The position numbers and the translations under genes were made by a program. Shown piece after piece: positions 37,390 to 45,259 of a stretch of DNA of 64,000 nt; within the stretch, counting starts at the first letter, position 1; the number at the start of each line of letters is the position of its first letter. The stretch covers positions 27,608-91,607 of the forward strand of contig JAUSNP010000003.1 of NCBI GenBank assembly GCA_030645735.1, read 5' to 3'. The DNA is from Candidatus Moraniibacteriota bacterium (GTDB taxonomy: Bacteria > Patescibacteriota > Minisyncoccia > Moranbacterales > UBA2206). A model generated the notes under the pieces. That model did not search any database and had not been told where the DNA came from. It saw only the letters and a list, made by a program, of their open reading frames with translations.

Positions 37390-38172
37390 TTAACTTTCTT
37401 TAGCATTTTCCCACAGCTTATCCACGATGCTTTCCATCATCTCAACTAAATATTTATCTTCAATCACAATGGCCAAGGGAGCCAATGGTTGCCAGAAGAT
37501 AACTTTGTTGCCAAAAAGTTGAAAAGACGTCTGAAATGGGAAGAAGCCCTTGAGCAATCTTGTCTCTCGCAATTCCTTCTCATCTGTTTCTTTTAGAGTT
37601 TCGGCATCCTTACTTGGCAAAAGCAAGGCATTGATGAAAAGTTTCTTTTCTAAACGTTCTTTTATCCATTTCTTTTCATCCGCCCAAGAAATAAACCCAA
37701 TAAAATCCTGTACCGATCCACAAAACCAGATTTTTCCATTGGCCTCTTCCAGAATGTTAAAAAATATTTTTCTAAAATCATCATTGCCATGAAATATTTT
37801 TATTTTCGTTGGCATTTCACCTTGTTGATAATTAGCCAACAGACTTGGCATAGCTGACACCAATGCATTTTCTTTTTGAGAATATTCTTGTTTTTTCTCT
37901 CTAAATTTTTCCAAAACTAGAGATGGTGGCTCAACAAAAAAGTTTCTGGAATATTTCTTCTTATCAGAAAATTTTGCCAGGCCTTTTTCTTCCAACCTTT
38001 TAATAATCTTATATACATTTGGTCTAGCAATATTCAAATGCTTGGCAATTCCAGATATCGAAGAAGCGCCCATCTTTAGGGAAATTATGTATGTTTCTAT
38101 TTCCAAATCAGACAAACCAAGCTCCTTTAGAGGATTGTATAGAACATTATAAATGTTATTGTTTTCTTCCAT
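37390..38172 (-). CDS. TrmB-family HTH transcriptional regulator
   Basis: LSDLEIETYIISLKMGASSISGIAKHLNIARPNVYKIIKRLEEKGLAKF. Confidence 0.7.
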   Translation of the reverse strand: MEENNNIYNVLYNPLKELGLSDLEIETYIISLKMGASSISGIAKHLNIARPNVYKIIKRLEEKGLAKFSDKKKYSRNFFVEPPSLVLEKFREKKQEYSQKENALVSAMPSLLANYQQGEMPTKIKIFHGNDDFRKIFFNILEEANGKIWFCGSVQDFIGFISWADEKKWIKERLEKKLFINALLLPSKDAETLKETDEKELRETRLLKGFFPFQTSFQLFGNKVIFWQPLAPLAIVIEDKYLVEMMESIVDKLWENAKES

Positions 38173-38257
38173 GGCTTAAAATCAAGTAAAAATCACTATT
38201 TTTATGTTGTAAGTGTATACTCATGATATACATATCAAAGAAATATGTCAATATTCC

Positions 38258-38286
38258 TTGACTTTTACCAATTTATAGTGTATACT
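38258..38286 (+). promoter_or_regulatory. Sigma-70-like promoter (TTGACT, 17 nt, TATACT) upstream of the 38388..38693 CDS
   Basis: Consensus-like -35/-10 with 17-nt spacing. Direct repeats agtgtatact at about 38211 and 38276 flank it. Confidence 0.4.
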
Positions 38287-38387
38287 ACATAGTCAAGCTA
38301 AGAACAGGAAACGAACCCAAAGCTTGAAGAACCTTAAAAACTCAATAGTCCAATATCGGATAAAACCAATTTTCCAAGGAGAAAACA

Positions 38388-38693
38388 ATGAGAAACAGTA
38401 TCTGCAAAAAGAGTGGGGTTATTACGAGGATAAAAATAACCTTCACTAAGAAGGGTAGCACTTCCGTATCAGAGGCATTCTTTGATACACGAGAAGTGAC
38501 AACGGCGACTAGAGCAGAATCTCCACAATACAGTGATTTGACTAGTTGTGGCTCGTCAATGCCCTTTGTTACAAAAATAAAGGGTACACAAGAGGTCAAG
38601 GCACTGATAAAACAGCGCTACGGGACAGAAATTGAAGTTCAAAAAATACAGACCGAATGTTGGTATTCACCAACATATTCATACGGTCCGTAG
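38388..38693 (+). CDS. Hypothetical protein (101 aa)
   Basis: AAGGAG SD before the ATG and a strong terminator after it. Confidence 0.5.
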   Translation: MRNSICKKSGVITRIKITFTKKGSTSVSEAFFDTREVTTATRAESPQYSDLTSCGSSMPFVTKIKGTQEVKALIKQRYGTEIEVQKIQTECWYSPTYSYGP

Positions 38694-38764
38694 TGTAGTA
38701 ATGCCTTATCCAAACTCCGATTACCACAGGCTTCGAGGCAACCTGACAGCAAGCCTCTCAATCA

Positions 38765-38800
38765 CCCCGAACAATTATCACATTGTTCGGGGCTTTTTAT
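38765..38800 (+). terminator. Rho-independent terminator
   Basis: ccccgaacaattatcacattgttcgggg followed by ctttttatt. Confidence 0.6.
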
Positions 38801-39053
38801 TGTTGAAAAATTTAAAAGCCGCTGGGAAGTTATTCCACAGCGGCTTTGTCATACTAAATAAACAGAATTGCCATAATTTATGGCGACGGGGTCAAGTTTT
38901 GAAGATTTGAAGTCTGACCCTCGAGAATTGGCATGGTTGGGATTTGAATTAGCTAAAACAAATCATTCCACCAATTCAAAGTTAGATTGTCACTACTCGT
39001 GCATCACGCAATGCACATCACAACAGAATTACTAAACAGCGAGTATTGGATGC

Positions 39054-39491
39054 CTAGCACTCCTCATCCTTGTCATCAATTTCCATATCCCATGATTCAA
39101 GCTCGGGATATTCATCCTGATCTAAACCAGGGAATCCATCATCATCAACATCCTCTTCCGAAAAATTGGAATCGTCGTCGTCAGCACCGTCAACAGCGGC
39201 GGCATCTGCAGCATCTTCACGTCGTTGTTCCTCTGCTGCATCATCAATCTTATCTAAGCACTTGTCGCAGTGAAAAAACGGCTGGGATAAAAGCTCCTTT
39301 TTAGCTTCTTCCTGCATTTCTTCATTAGAAACGTTGTATGGATTGTTCTCACTATCCTTAGCGAAGACACCCAATACAAGAACATCTACCGTTTCAGGAC
39401 ACAAGCAACACCTAATTTCCTTGCCTCCCTCTCTGGTTTCACGCTCAATAAAAGCCGTGAAATTACCCATTGGAAAGATATCCATGTGCAT
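39054..39491 (-). CDS. Hypothetical protein with an N-terminal Cys cluster (CCLCPE...HCDKC) and a highly acidic Asp/Glu-rich C-terminal tail
   Basis: 145 aa. GC-richer than its surroundings. Possible zinc-ribbon followed by a disordered acidic tail. Confidence 0.45.
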   Translation of the reverse strand: MHMDIFPMGNFTAFIERETREGGKEIRCCLCPETVDVLVLGVFAKDSENNPYNVSNEEMQEEAKKELLSQPFFHCDKCLDKIDDAAEEQRREDAADAAAVDGADDDDSNFSEEDVDDDGFPGLDQDEYPELESWDMEIDDKDEEC

Positions 39492-39807
39492 GACATACTC
39501 CTTTGTAACTTTACTACGTTATTGCTCAAATGAGCCTAACAAGATCCTACAACTTTAAAAATATCCTCCTTAATTTATTTGTTAAACAACAATTCCTCCA
39601 GTGAACACTATTGTCCACCACAAGCTAGTTTATTTGAAAAGCGTGTCTTTGTCAACGTAAAACTAGCCTGCTGGAAATTCCAGCATACTGAAATTTTACA
39701 ACACACATATCATTATCACGAATTATAACTTCGAGTTTTTGAACTATAAAGAAACTCTTAATAGTTCGAATGGATTTATTTTTTAAATTGCGCTGGCTTA
39801 GCTAAGC

Positions 39808-39834
39808 CAATTCCGGAAATTCCGGAATTGGCTC
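39808..39834. repeat. 27-bp near-perfect palindrome gccaattccggaaattccggaattggc
   Basis: Shares the core TTCCGGAA(A)TTCCGGAA with 39939..39965. Another palindrome, ggcttagctaagcc, sits immediately upstream. Confidence 0.7.
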
Positions 39835-39866
39835 TAATAGTGAATCGCTTATCTTACGAAATATAC

Positions 39867-39889
39867 AAAAAACCCGCCTTTCAGAGGGT
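39867..39889. repeat. Direct repeat aaaaaacccgcctttcagagggt, a degenerate copy of the hairpin at 40904..40926
   Basis: 20/22 identical to 40904..40926. The two copies bracket dinD-like paralogue 3 and its promoter. Confidence 0.6.
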
Positions 39890-39938
39890 AAAAAATTTTC
39901 ATCAGTTTATATTATTTTTTATTTTTAATCCATTTGAG

Positions 39939-39965
39939 TTATCCGGAATTTCCGGATAACTCAGG
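39939..39965. repeat. 27-bp near-perfect palindrome gagttatccggaatttccggataactc
   Basis: TCCGGAAxTTCCGGA core. Lies just 3' of dinD-like paralogue 3. Confidence 0.7.
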
Positions 39966-39979
39966 CAACACTCAAATAA

Positions 39980-40828
39980 CTAATTTTTCAATTTTTTTAC
40001 AGTTTTATTTTTTAGCAAAAAATTCCTGCCAGTCACCACACTTTTGCCAGTTTTTTCTTCCAAGGCTAGTCTCGCGTCTTTGGCGATTTTGCCACCTTTT
40101 TTCGCTGGGATTTTATTTTCTTCCAAACCTCTCGCCTCATCTGTTTCCGCAATTCTTCTGGTAGAAATTTCAGCCAGTGCCGTGAAAATCAATTCTTCTT
40201 CACTCATGTGATCACGCAAATTTTGTGTTTTCAGGCCTTTCAAATTTTTGTGATCTTTGACTGATAAATCTGTCCATTCTTCATGAATGATGTTGGTCAG
40301 GATCGCAAACTCTTCGCCTCTTTTCACTTCATTGCCACTCCAATAATCCGTCAGCTTATTTCTCACTTCCTGCCCCATCATTCTTTGTTGAATCCATGCC
40401 GCACTGCGTCCTTGTTTTTGCCAATATTCTCTGGAACGATTGAGGGCTATTTCCGGATCAGTCATTTCCTGCATTCTTTCATAACCAACTTTCGCTAACC
40501 ACAATTTTACTGGTTCGGCTTTTGGACTTGGTACCGATTGAATCAATCGCAATAAAGTTTCTACATTAGCTGCATCAGTCTCATAATATTTACCATCAGT
40601 AGCCATAAATTTCAGTTGGTGACAATTTGTCACCGACTCATTTCCCTCTTTCCCCAATCTCTCCTTAAGTTTATTCCAGTATTTTCTAGCTGTTTTATAA
40701 TCATTCTGTTGAATTAAGGCTTGCATAATATCAACCACCGAAAAATACCAAACCTCAGTTTTCTCGTCATAATGCCGACGAATCTTAAAGTTTTCAAAAA
40801 TAGCCAGTGAGTTTTGATTTTTTTCCAT
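39980..40828 (-). CDS. DinD-like protein with Bro-N-type N-terminus (paralogue 3 of 3)
   Basis: FENFKIRRHYDEKTEVWYFSVVDIMQAL and ...QNLRDHMSEEELIFTALAE...KKGGKIAKDAR. Confidence 0.65.
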   Translation of the reverse strand: MEKNQNSLAIFENFKIRRHYDEKTEVWYFSVVDIMQALIQQNDYKTARKYWNKLKERLGKEGNESVTNCHQLKFMATDGKYYETDAANVETLLRLIQSVPSPKAEPVKLWLAKVGYERMQEMTDPEIALNRSREYWQKQGRSAAWIQQRMMGQEVRNKLTDYWSGNEVKRGEEFAILTNIIHEEWTDLSVKDHKNLKGLKTQNLRDHMSEEELIFTALAEISTRRIAETDEARGLEENKIPAKKGGKIAKDARLALEEKTGKSVVTGRNFLLKNKTVKKLKN

Positions 40829-40851
40829 AGTTTTTATTTTTATTGCTTACA

Positions 40852-40866
40852 GTGTTATTATATCAC
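40852..40866. promoter_or_regulatory. Palindromic operator-like site GTGTTATTATATCAC upstream of dinD-like paralogue 3
   Basis: Perfect GTGnTATnATAnCAC palindrome. Confidence 0.5.
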
Positions 40867-40903
40867 TAGGCATCTTTCCGTCAAGTCACCTATCCACACA
40901 AGC

Positions 40904-40926
40904 AAAAACCCGCCTTTCAGCGGGTT
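40904..40926. terminator. Hairpin aaaaacccgcctttcagcgggtt. It terminates the cyclophilin gene and is the right copy of the direct repeat.
   Basis: 7-bp stem aacccgc/gcgggtt. On the minus strand it is followed by cttgtgtgga, so the T-run is weak. Confidence 0.5.
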
Positions 40927-40945
40927 TTCAAGTTCAACTAGATTT

Positions 40946-41698
40946 CTATTTTTCCAAAAGTTCCACACCAGTGATCACTACATTCTCCACTGGTCGATCC
41001 CCAGGGACGGTTTTCACGTTTTCAATTTTGAGGGCCACGTCCATGCCAGAGACCACACTACCAAACACGGTGTAGCTGGGTGGCAATGGCGCTTCGGGGC
41101 TGGCAGTCACAATGAAAAATTGTGAACCATTAGTATTTGGTCCTGCATTGGCCATCGCCAGTGTGCCTTGTGGATATTTTTCTGTGCCTTTCAATTCATC
41201 CTTGAAACGATAGTCTGGGCCACCCATGCCCCAATTGCTCGTGTTGGCATTTCTTGAGTTCGGGTCACCACCTTGAATCATGAAGCCCTTGATCACACGA
41301 TGAAATTTCAAATTGTCATAGAAACCAGCACTGGCTAGTTTCAAAAAGTTGCCCACTGTCACTGGAGTTTCAGCGTTGTTGAATTTGAATTGGATGTCCC
41401 CCATACTGGTTTTCAAAACGGCTCCGGTATATTTTTTGACCAAGGCTGAATTATCGCCCAATGTTTTTGCTACGTCTCCCATAGAATTGTTTTCGTTTAA
41501 TGTATTATTTAGTCTTTCGTTTTCTTTGTTGGTCGCATCCTGGACATTTTGTTGCGCTGTGTTTTTCAAAGCAATCATGTCCTTGGTGTTGCCCACCGGA
41601 TCGGTAATCGGATTGGCAATCCCCGTCTTGTCACCACCCGAGCACCCCGCCAGCACCAAGATCGCCAGCATCGGCAAAACAATTCTCATTTTTCGCAT
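40946..41698 (-). CDS. Cyclophilin-type peptidyl-prolyl cis-trans isomerase, lipoprotein
   Basis: Lipobox LAGCSG. Cyclophilin core FHRVIKGFMIQGGDP...GTLAMANAGPNTNGSQFFI. Confidence 0.85.
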   Translation of the reverse strand: MRKMRIVLPMLAILVLAGCSGGDKTGIANPITDPVGNTKDMIALKNTAQQNVQDATNKENERLNNTLNENNSMGDVAKTLGDNSALVKKYTGAVLKTSMGDIQFKFNNAETPVTVGNFLKLASAGFYDNLKFHRVIKGFMIQGGDPNSRNANTSNWGMGGPDYRFKDELKGTEKYPQGTLAMANAGPNTNGSQFFIVTASPEAPLPPSYTVFGSVVSGMDVALKIENVKTVPGDRPVENVVITGVELLEK

Positions 41699-41853
41699 AC
41701 TTTTTTTTATTTTTAATTATTTGGGTTAAGAACTCTTTAACCCGTTAATTCTTTAACTCGTTAATCATCATTATACAGTAAAATAGGAATATGATAAATT
41801 CCCATTTTTTCTCTTTCAAGCTATAATCACATCATAATTATTATTCAATATCA

Positions 41854-42855
41854 ATGACTCATTCCAAGACTTCTGGATTTTGGCCGGTAGCTTCAGCGTT
41901 GGGTGGCAATCTTTTGGTCACTATTTTCAAATTTGTTGGTTTTTTCCTATCCGGCTCGGGGGCGCTTTTTTCCGAGGGCATTCACAGTTTTGCTGACACA
42001 GCTAATCAAGCCTTTCTGATGATTGGTATTCAGAGGTCATCCAAAAAAGCAGACGCTGAATTTTCCTATGGCTATGGCCATGAAAGATTTTTCTGGGCGC
42101 TCATTTCCGCTTGTGGAATTTTCTTTTTGGGCGCTGGCGTGACAATCTACAAGGGCATCACCGATTTGCAACATTCTGTTGCGGTCCACATTTCACCAAT
42201 TATTTTTATCTTGCTTTTTGTTTCTTTTTTGATTGAAGGCGCCACCTTCATCATTGCTTTTCGCGCTATCAAAATCAAAGATCGTAGCATTGCCTATTCC
42301 TTGCGCGTTGGCGACCCATCTTCTATTGCCGTGCTCTATGAAGATGGCGTGGCCGTGTTGGGCATCCTCATTGCTTTTCTCAGTATTGCTCTGACCTATC
42401 TAACTGGCAAACATTATTGGGATGCGCTGGGTTCAATTTTGATTGGAGTTCTCTTGGCCATTGTAGCTGTCATCTTGATTGCCAAAAATCGTGAATATCT
42501 AATGGAAAAATCCATGCCCGAAGAAATGCGCGATCGCATCATCAAAATTTTGGAAAGTGAAATTGCCATTGAAAAAGTCATCGACTTCAAATCCTCAACT
42601 TTGGATTTTGGCAAATATCGCATCAAATGTGAAGTTGAATTTCATGGCCCAGCCTTGATCAAATCGATGTATCGCGATGGCGATCTCAAGGAAGAATTTG
42701 AATATATCAACAATGACTATGATGAATTTGTGCGCTTCTGCGTAGACTACATTGATCGCGTCCCCCGCCTCATTGGTAGCAAAATCGACAAGATTGAAAA
42801 GAAAATTCAACAAGAATTTCCCGAAGTGATCCATGTGGATATTGAAATAAACTAA
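41854..42855 (+). CDS. Cation diffusion facilitator family transporter
   Basis: Six TM helices, then a C-terminal cytoplasmic domain. HSFADTANQAFLMIG in TM2 is typical of CDF proteins. Confidence 0.85.
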   Translation: MTHSKTSGFWPVASALGGNLLVTIFKFVGFFLSGSGALFSEGIHSFADTANQAFLMIGIQRSSKKADAEFSYGYGHERFFWALISACGIFFLGAGVTIYKGITDLQHSVAVHISPIIFILLFVSFLIEGATFIIAFRAIKIKDRSIAYSLRVGDPSSIAVLYEDGVAVLGILIAFLSIALTYLTGKHYWDALGSILIGVLLAIVAVILIAKNREYLMEKSMPEEMRDRIIKILESEIAIEKVIDFKSSTLDFGKYRIKCEVEFHGPALIKSMYRDGDLKEEFEYINNDYDEFVRFCVDYIDRVPRLIGSKIDKIEKKIQQEFPEVIHVDIEIN

Positions 42856-42906
42856 AACAAAGAAAAAAGCCGTCATTCCTGACCGGCTTTGATGTCATGC
42901 CAAACC

Positions 42907-43107
42907 TCATTGCAGAATAATTTCTGCTTCTTCGGGGTATAGCCTGATGAGGCATTTTCTGCAAAGACCATGGCTTACCCAAAACATAGACAAACAACCG
43001 CCCTCACAATCGTGGCAGAGTTTGCCAAAAGAACATTTCAAAACACTGTCGGGACGCCGCTTCTTGCTTTTCTCGCATGCGACACACACAACAACATGTT
43101 CTGGCAT
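42907..43107 (-). CDS. Small Cys-rich protein (66 aa, eight or more Cys; CVACE...CSFGKLCHDCEGGC...CRKC)
   Basis: Strong AGGGAGG SD 6 nt before the ATG. GC-richer than neighbours. A hairpin terminator (aagccg...cggctt) lies downstream. Confidence 0.5.
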   Translation of the reverse strand: MPEHVVVCVACEKSKKRRPDSVLKCSFGKLCHDCEGGCLSMFWVSHGLCRKCLIRLYPEEAEIILQ

Positions 43108-43248
43108 AGTGGCCTCCCTTGGTAAAATTGTTGATAAAAAAATAATATTTTTTTATTTCAATTGCATATTGCAATTCATTCTTTTTAAAGAGCCTGTAAT
43201 AATTGTAGCACTTTTCGACTATATCAAAAAAACGACTGATCGTCGTTT

Positions 43249-43776
43249 TTATTTAAAGCATATTTTTCTTTGATTCTTATCCAGCCATTCAAATTTTATT
43301 TTGAGTGCATCTTTCGGTAATATTTTCTTGACTCGTTCTGACCATTCAACAATGACGATGTTTTTATCATCTGCCACAATTTCCTCCCAACCCAAATTCA
43401 ACAAGTCCTTTTCATCAATCCGGTACGCGTCAATGTGATAAATGCCGTGGATCGTGGATCGTGGATCGTGGATCGCATCGCTTTTTAATTTGCGTTTTGC
43501 GTTCCACGTTTTGCGTTCCACGTTTTGCGTTATGCGATATTCTTTCATTATCAAAAAAGTCGGACTTGTATATGGTCCTTTGACTTTCAATCCCTTCAAC
43601 AATCCTTGCGTGAATGTCGTTTTGCCAGCGCCCAAATCACCTTCCATACACAAAACTTCTCCGCCTTGTAATTCCAAAGCCAATAACTCTCCAAGTTTTT
43701 GGGTTTCTTTGAAATTGTTAGTTATAAATTCTTTACTCATTATTCCCATTACAACGCACAAATCCTCTAAAGTCAA
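43249..43776 (-). CDS. tsaE: tRNA threonylcarbamoyladenosine biosynthesis protein TsaE, with an in-frame repeat insertion
   Basis: P-loop GDLGAGKTTFTQGL and ...YHIDAYRIDE. The 43441..43545 block of gtggatc and cacgttttgcgtt units encodes extra residues. Confidence 0.8.
   Translation of the reverse strand: MTLEDLCVVMGIMSKEFITNNFKETQKLGELLALELQGGEVLCMEGDLGAGKTTFTQGLLKGLKVKGPYTSPTFLIMKEYRITQNVERKTWNAKRKLKSDAIHDPRSTIHGIYHIDAYRIDEKDLLNLGWEEIVADDKNIVIVEWSERVKKILPKDALKIKFEWLDKNQRKICFK
43441..43545. repeat. (gtggatc)x4 plus a cacgttttgcgtt-unit repeat block inside tsaE, related to the block at 57975..58080
   Basis: cgtggatcgtggatcgtggatcgtggatcgcatcgc...ttgcgttttgcgttccacgttttgcgttccacgttttgcgttatgcgatattc. 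Confidence 0.8.
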
Positions 43777-43782
43777 GGATTT

Positions 43783-43945
43783 AAGGCTCTGTTATGAGAT
43801 AAGTTGTGCAAGTCCGTGCTCAGGTTTGCGTCAGATTTGTTTTAAAAAATTTGAAGATGTATCGAGATACTTCGAGAATTTTTTAAAACAAAGATGTCGT
43901 GAAGATGAGTGCGAAATTGTATGAATTATCTCATAACAGAGCCTT
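43783..43945. repeat. Nested inverted repeat. A 20-bp perfect outer stem (aaggctctgttatgagataa / ttatctcataacagagcctt) encloses a 16-bp perfect inner stem (tttgttttaaaaaatt / aattttttaaaacaaa).
   Basis: Outer arms at 43783..43802 and 43926..43945. Inner arms at 43836..43851 and 43877..43892. Located in the tsaE / nrnA-like intergenic region. Confidence 0.8.
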
Positions 43946-44009
43946 AGCCAGATATTTGACACAAACAATTTCAATTGCTATTCTATGAAACTAACTTAAA
44001 CATACCTAT

Positions 44010-45140
44010 ATGAGCCTTGAACCGCAGGAACAATTCAAGAATTTCGTGGAAAAATCTAAGGAGGTTTTGATTTTGATTCCCGAAAATCCCAGTGGCGATG
44101 CAGTCGGCAGTGCTTGGGCGCTCTATTTTTTCCTGCAGAAAAAAGAAATCAATGCCACCATTGCCTTCTCCAATCATTTGTCTGATAAATATTCTTTTCT
44201 GCCCAAACCTGAGCAAATTCTGACAGAAATTTCTGGGGCGCGCGATTTTGTGCTTTCCTTCAACACGACTTATAATAAAATTTCTAATGTCCGCACGGAA
44301 GAATCTGAAGGTAAATTGGAGATTCACCTGACTCCGGAAAAGGGAACCCTCAATCCCAAGGACTTCTCCTTTATCCTAGCCAAGTTCAAATATGACTTGA
44401 TGGTGATTATCGACAGTCCAGACTTGGAAGGTTTGGGCAAGATTTATGAAAAAAATCCGGATCTTTTTTTCGAAGTGCCCATCATCAACATTGATCATCG
44501 CAGTACTAATGATAATTTTGGCCAAATCAATCTAGTAGATATCACCGCTTCATCTTGCAGTGAAATCTTGAGCATTGCCTTGGAACATATTGATTATAAT
44601 TTGATGGACAAAACGATTGCTGATTGTTTGTTGACTGGCATCATCAGTGCTACGGAAAGTTTCCAAAAGAAAAACACCACTCCCAAGGCCTTGTTGGCTG
44701 CCGCCACTCTGATGGACAAAGGCGCAGACCAGCAAACTATCATTCGCTGGCTATATAAAACTCAACCATTGCATGTTTTGAAATTGTGGGGCCGCGCCAT
44801 GGCCAACTTGAATTGGGATGAGCAATCTAAACTTGTTTGGACCAATCTCGGTGTGGAGGATTTTGTGCAAAGCCGTTCCAACCCGACGGATGTTTTGATA
44901 ATTCTCGAGAAATTGCAAGAAAATTATAGCGAAGGCAAGATATTCATGGCACTTTACAATGACACACCAGCAACAACGATAGCCCTACTTAAATCAGTTG
45001 ACCAAGCGCTGTTGAAAAAAATCCAACCCTTTTTCAATGGCACCCTCAAACGCGATGTCCTAGAAATTAAATTGGAAGCTTCAATGTTGTTCGAAGCTGG
45101 AACGGATATTGCCAAAAAGATAAAAGAGATGGGCGCTTAA
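44010..45140 (+). CDS. DHH-DHHA1 family phosphoesterase (NrnA-like)
   Basis: N-terminal DHH-type metal site (PSGDAVGSAW) and the INIDHRSTND motif. C-terminal DHHA1-like region GIISATESFQKKNTTPKAL. Confidence 0.65.
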   Translation: MSLEPQEQFKNFVEKSKEVLILIPENPSGDAVGSAWALYFFLQKKEINATIAFSNHLSDKYSFLPKPEQILTEISGARDFVLSFNTTYNKISNVRTEESEGKLEIHLTPEKGTLNPKDFSFILAKFKYDLMVIIDSPDLEGLGKIYEKNPDLFFEVPIINIDHRSTNDNFGQINLVDITASSCSEILSIALEHIDYNLMDKTIADCLLTGIISATESFQKKNTTPKALLAAATLMDKGADQQTIIRWLYKTQPLHVLKLWGRAMANLNWDEQSKLVWTNLGVEDFVQSRSNPTDVLIILEKLQENYSEGKIFMALYNDTPATTIALLKSVDQALLKKIQPFFNGTLKRDVLEIKLEASMLFEAGTDIAKKIKEMGA

Positions 45141-45259
45141 AAATCCGCTTTCTTTCAGACACACAGTGATCTTTGGACACTGCGTGTCTTTTTTATTTTA
45201 TAAAAGTAGCAAAATTACCTAAAATACAGTAGAATAGAGTTATAAAATAAAAAAATACT

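Noticed and set aside
38815-38848. Second hairpin aagccgctgggaagttattccacagcggctt called as a terminator
   Set aside because: It is a good stem but has no flanking T-run on either strand. Function unclear. Not listed as a feature.
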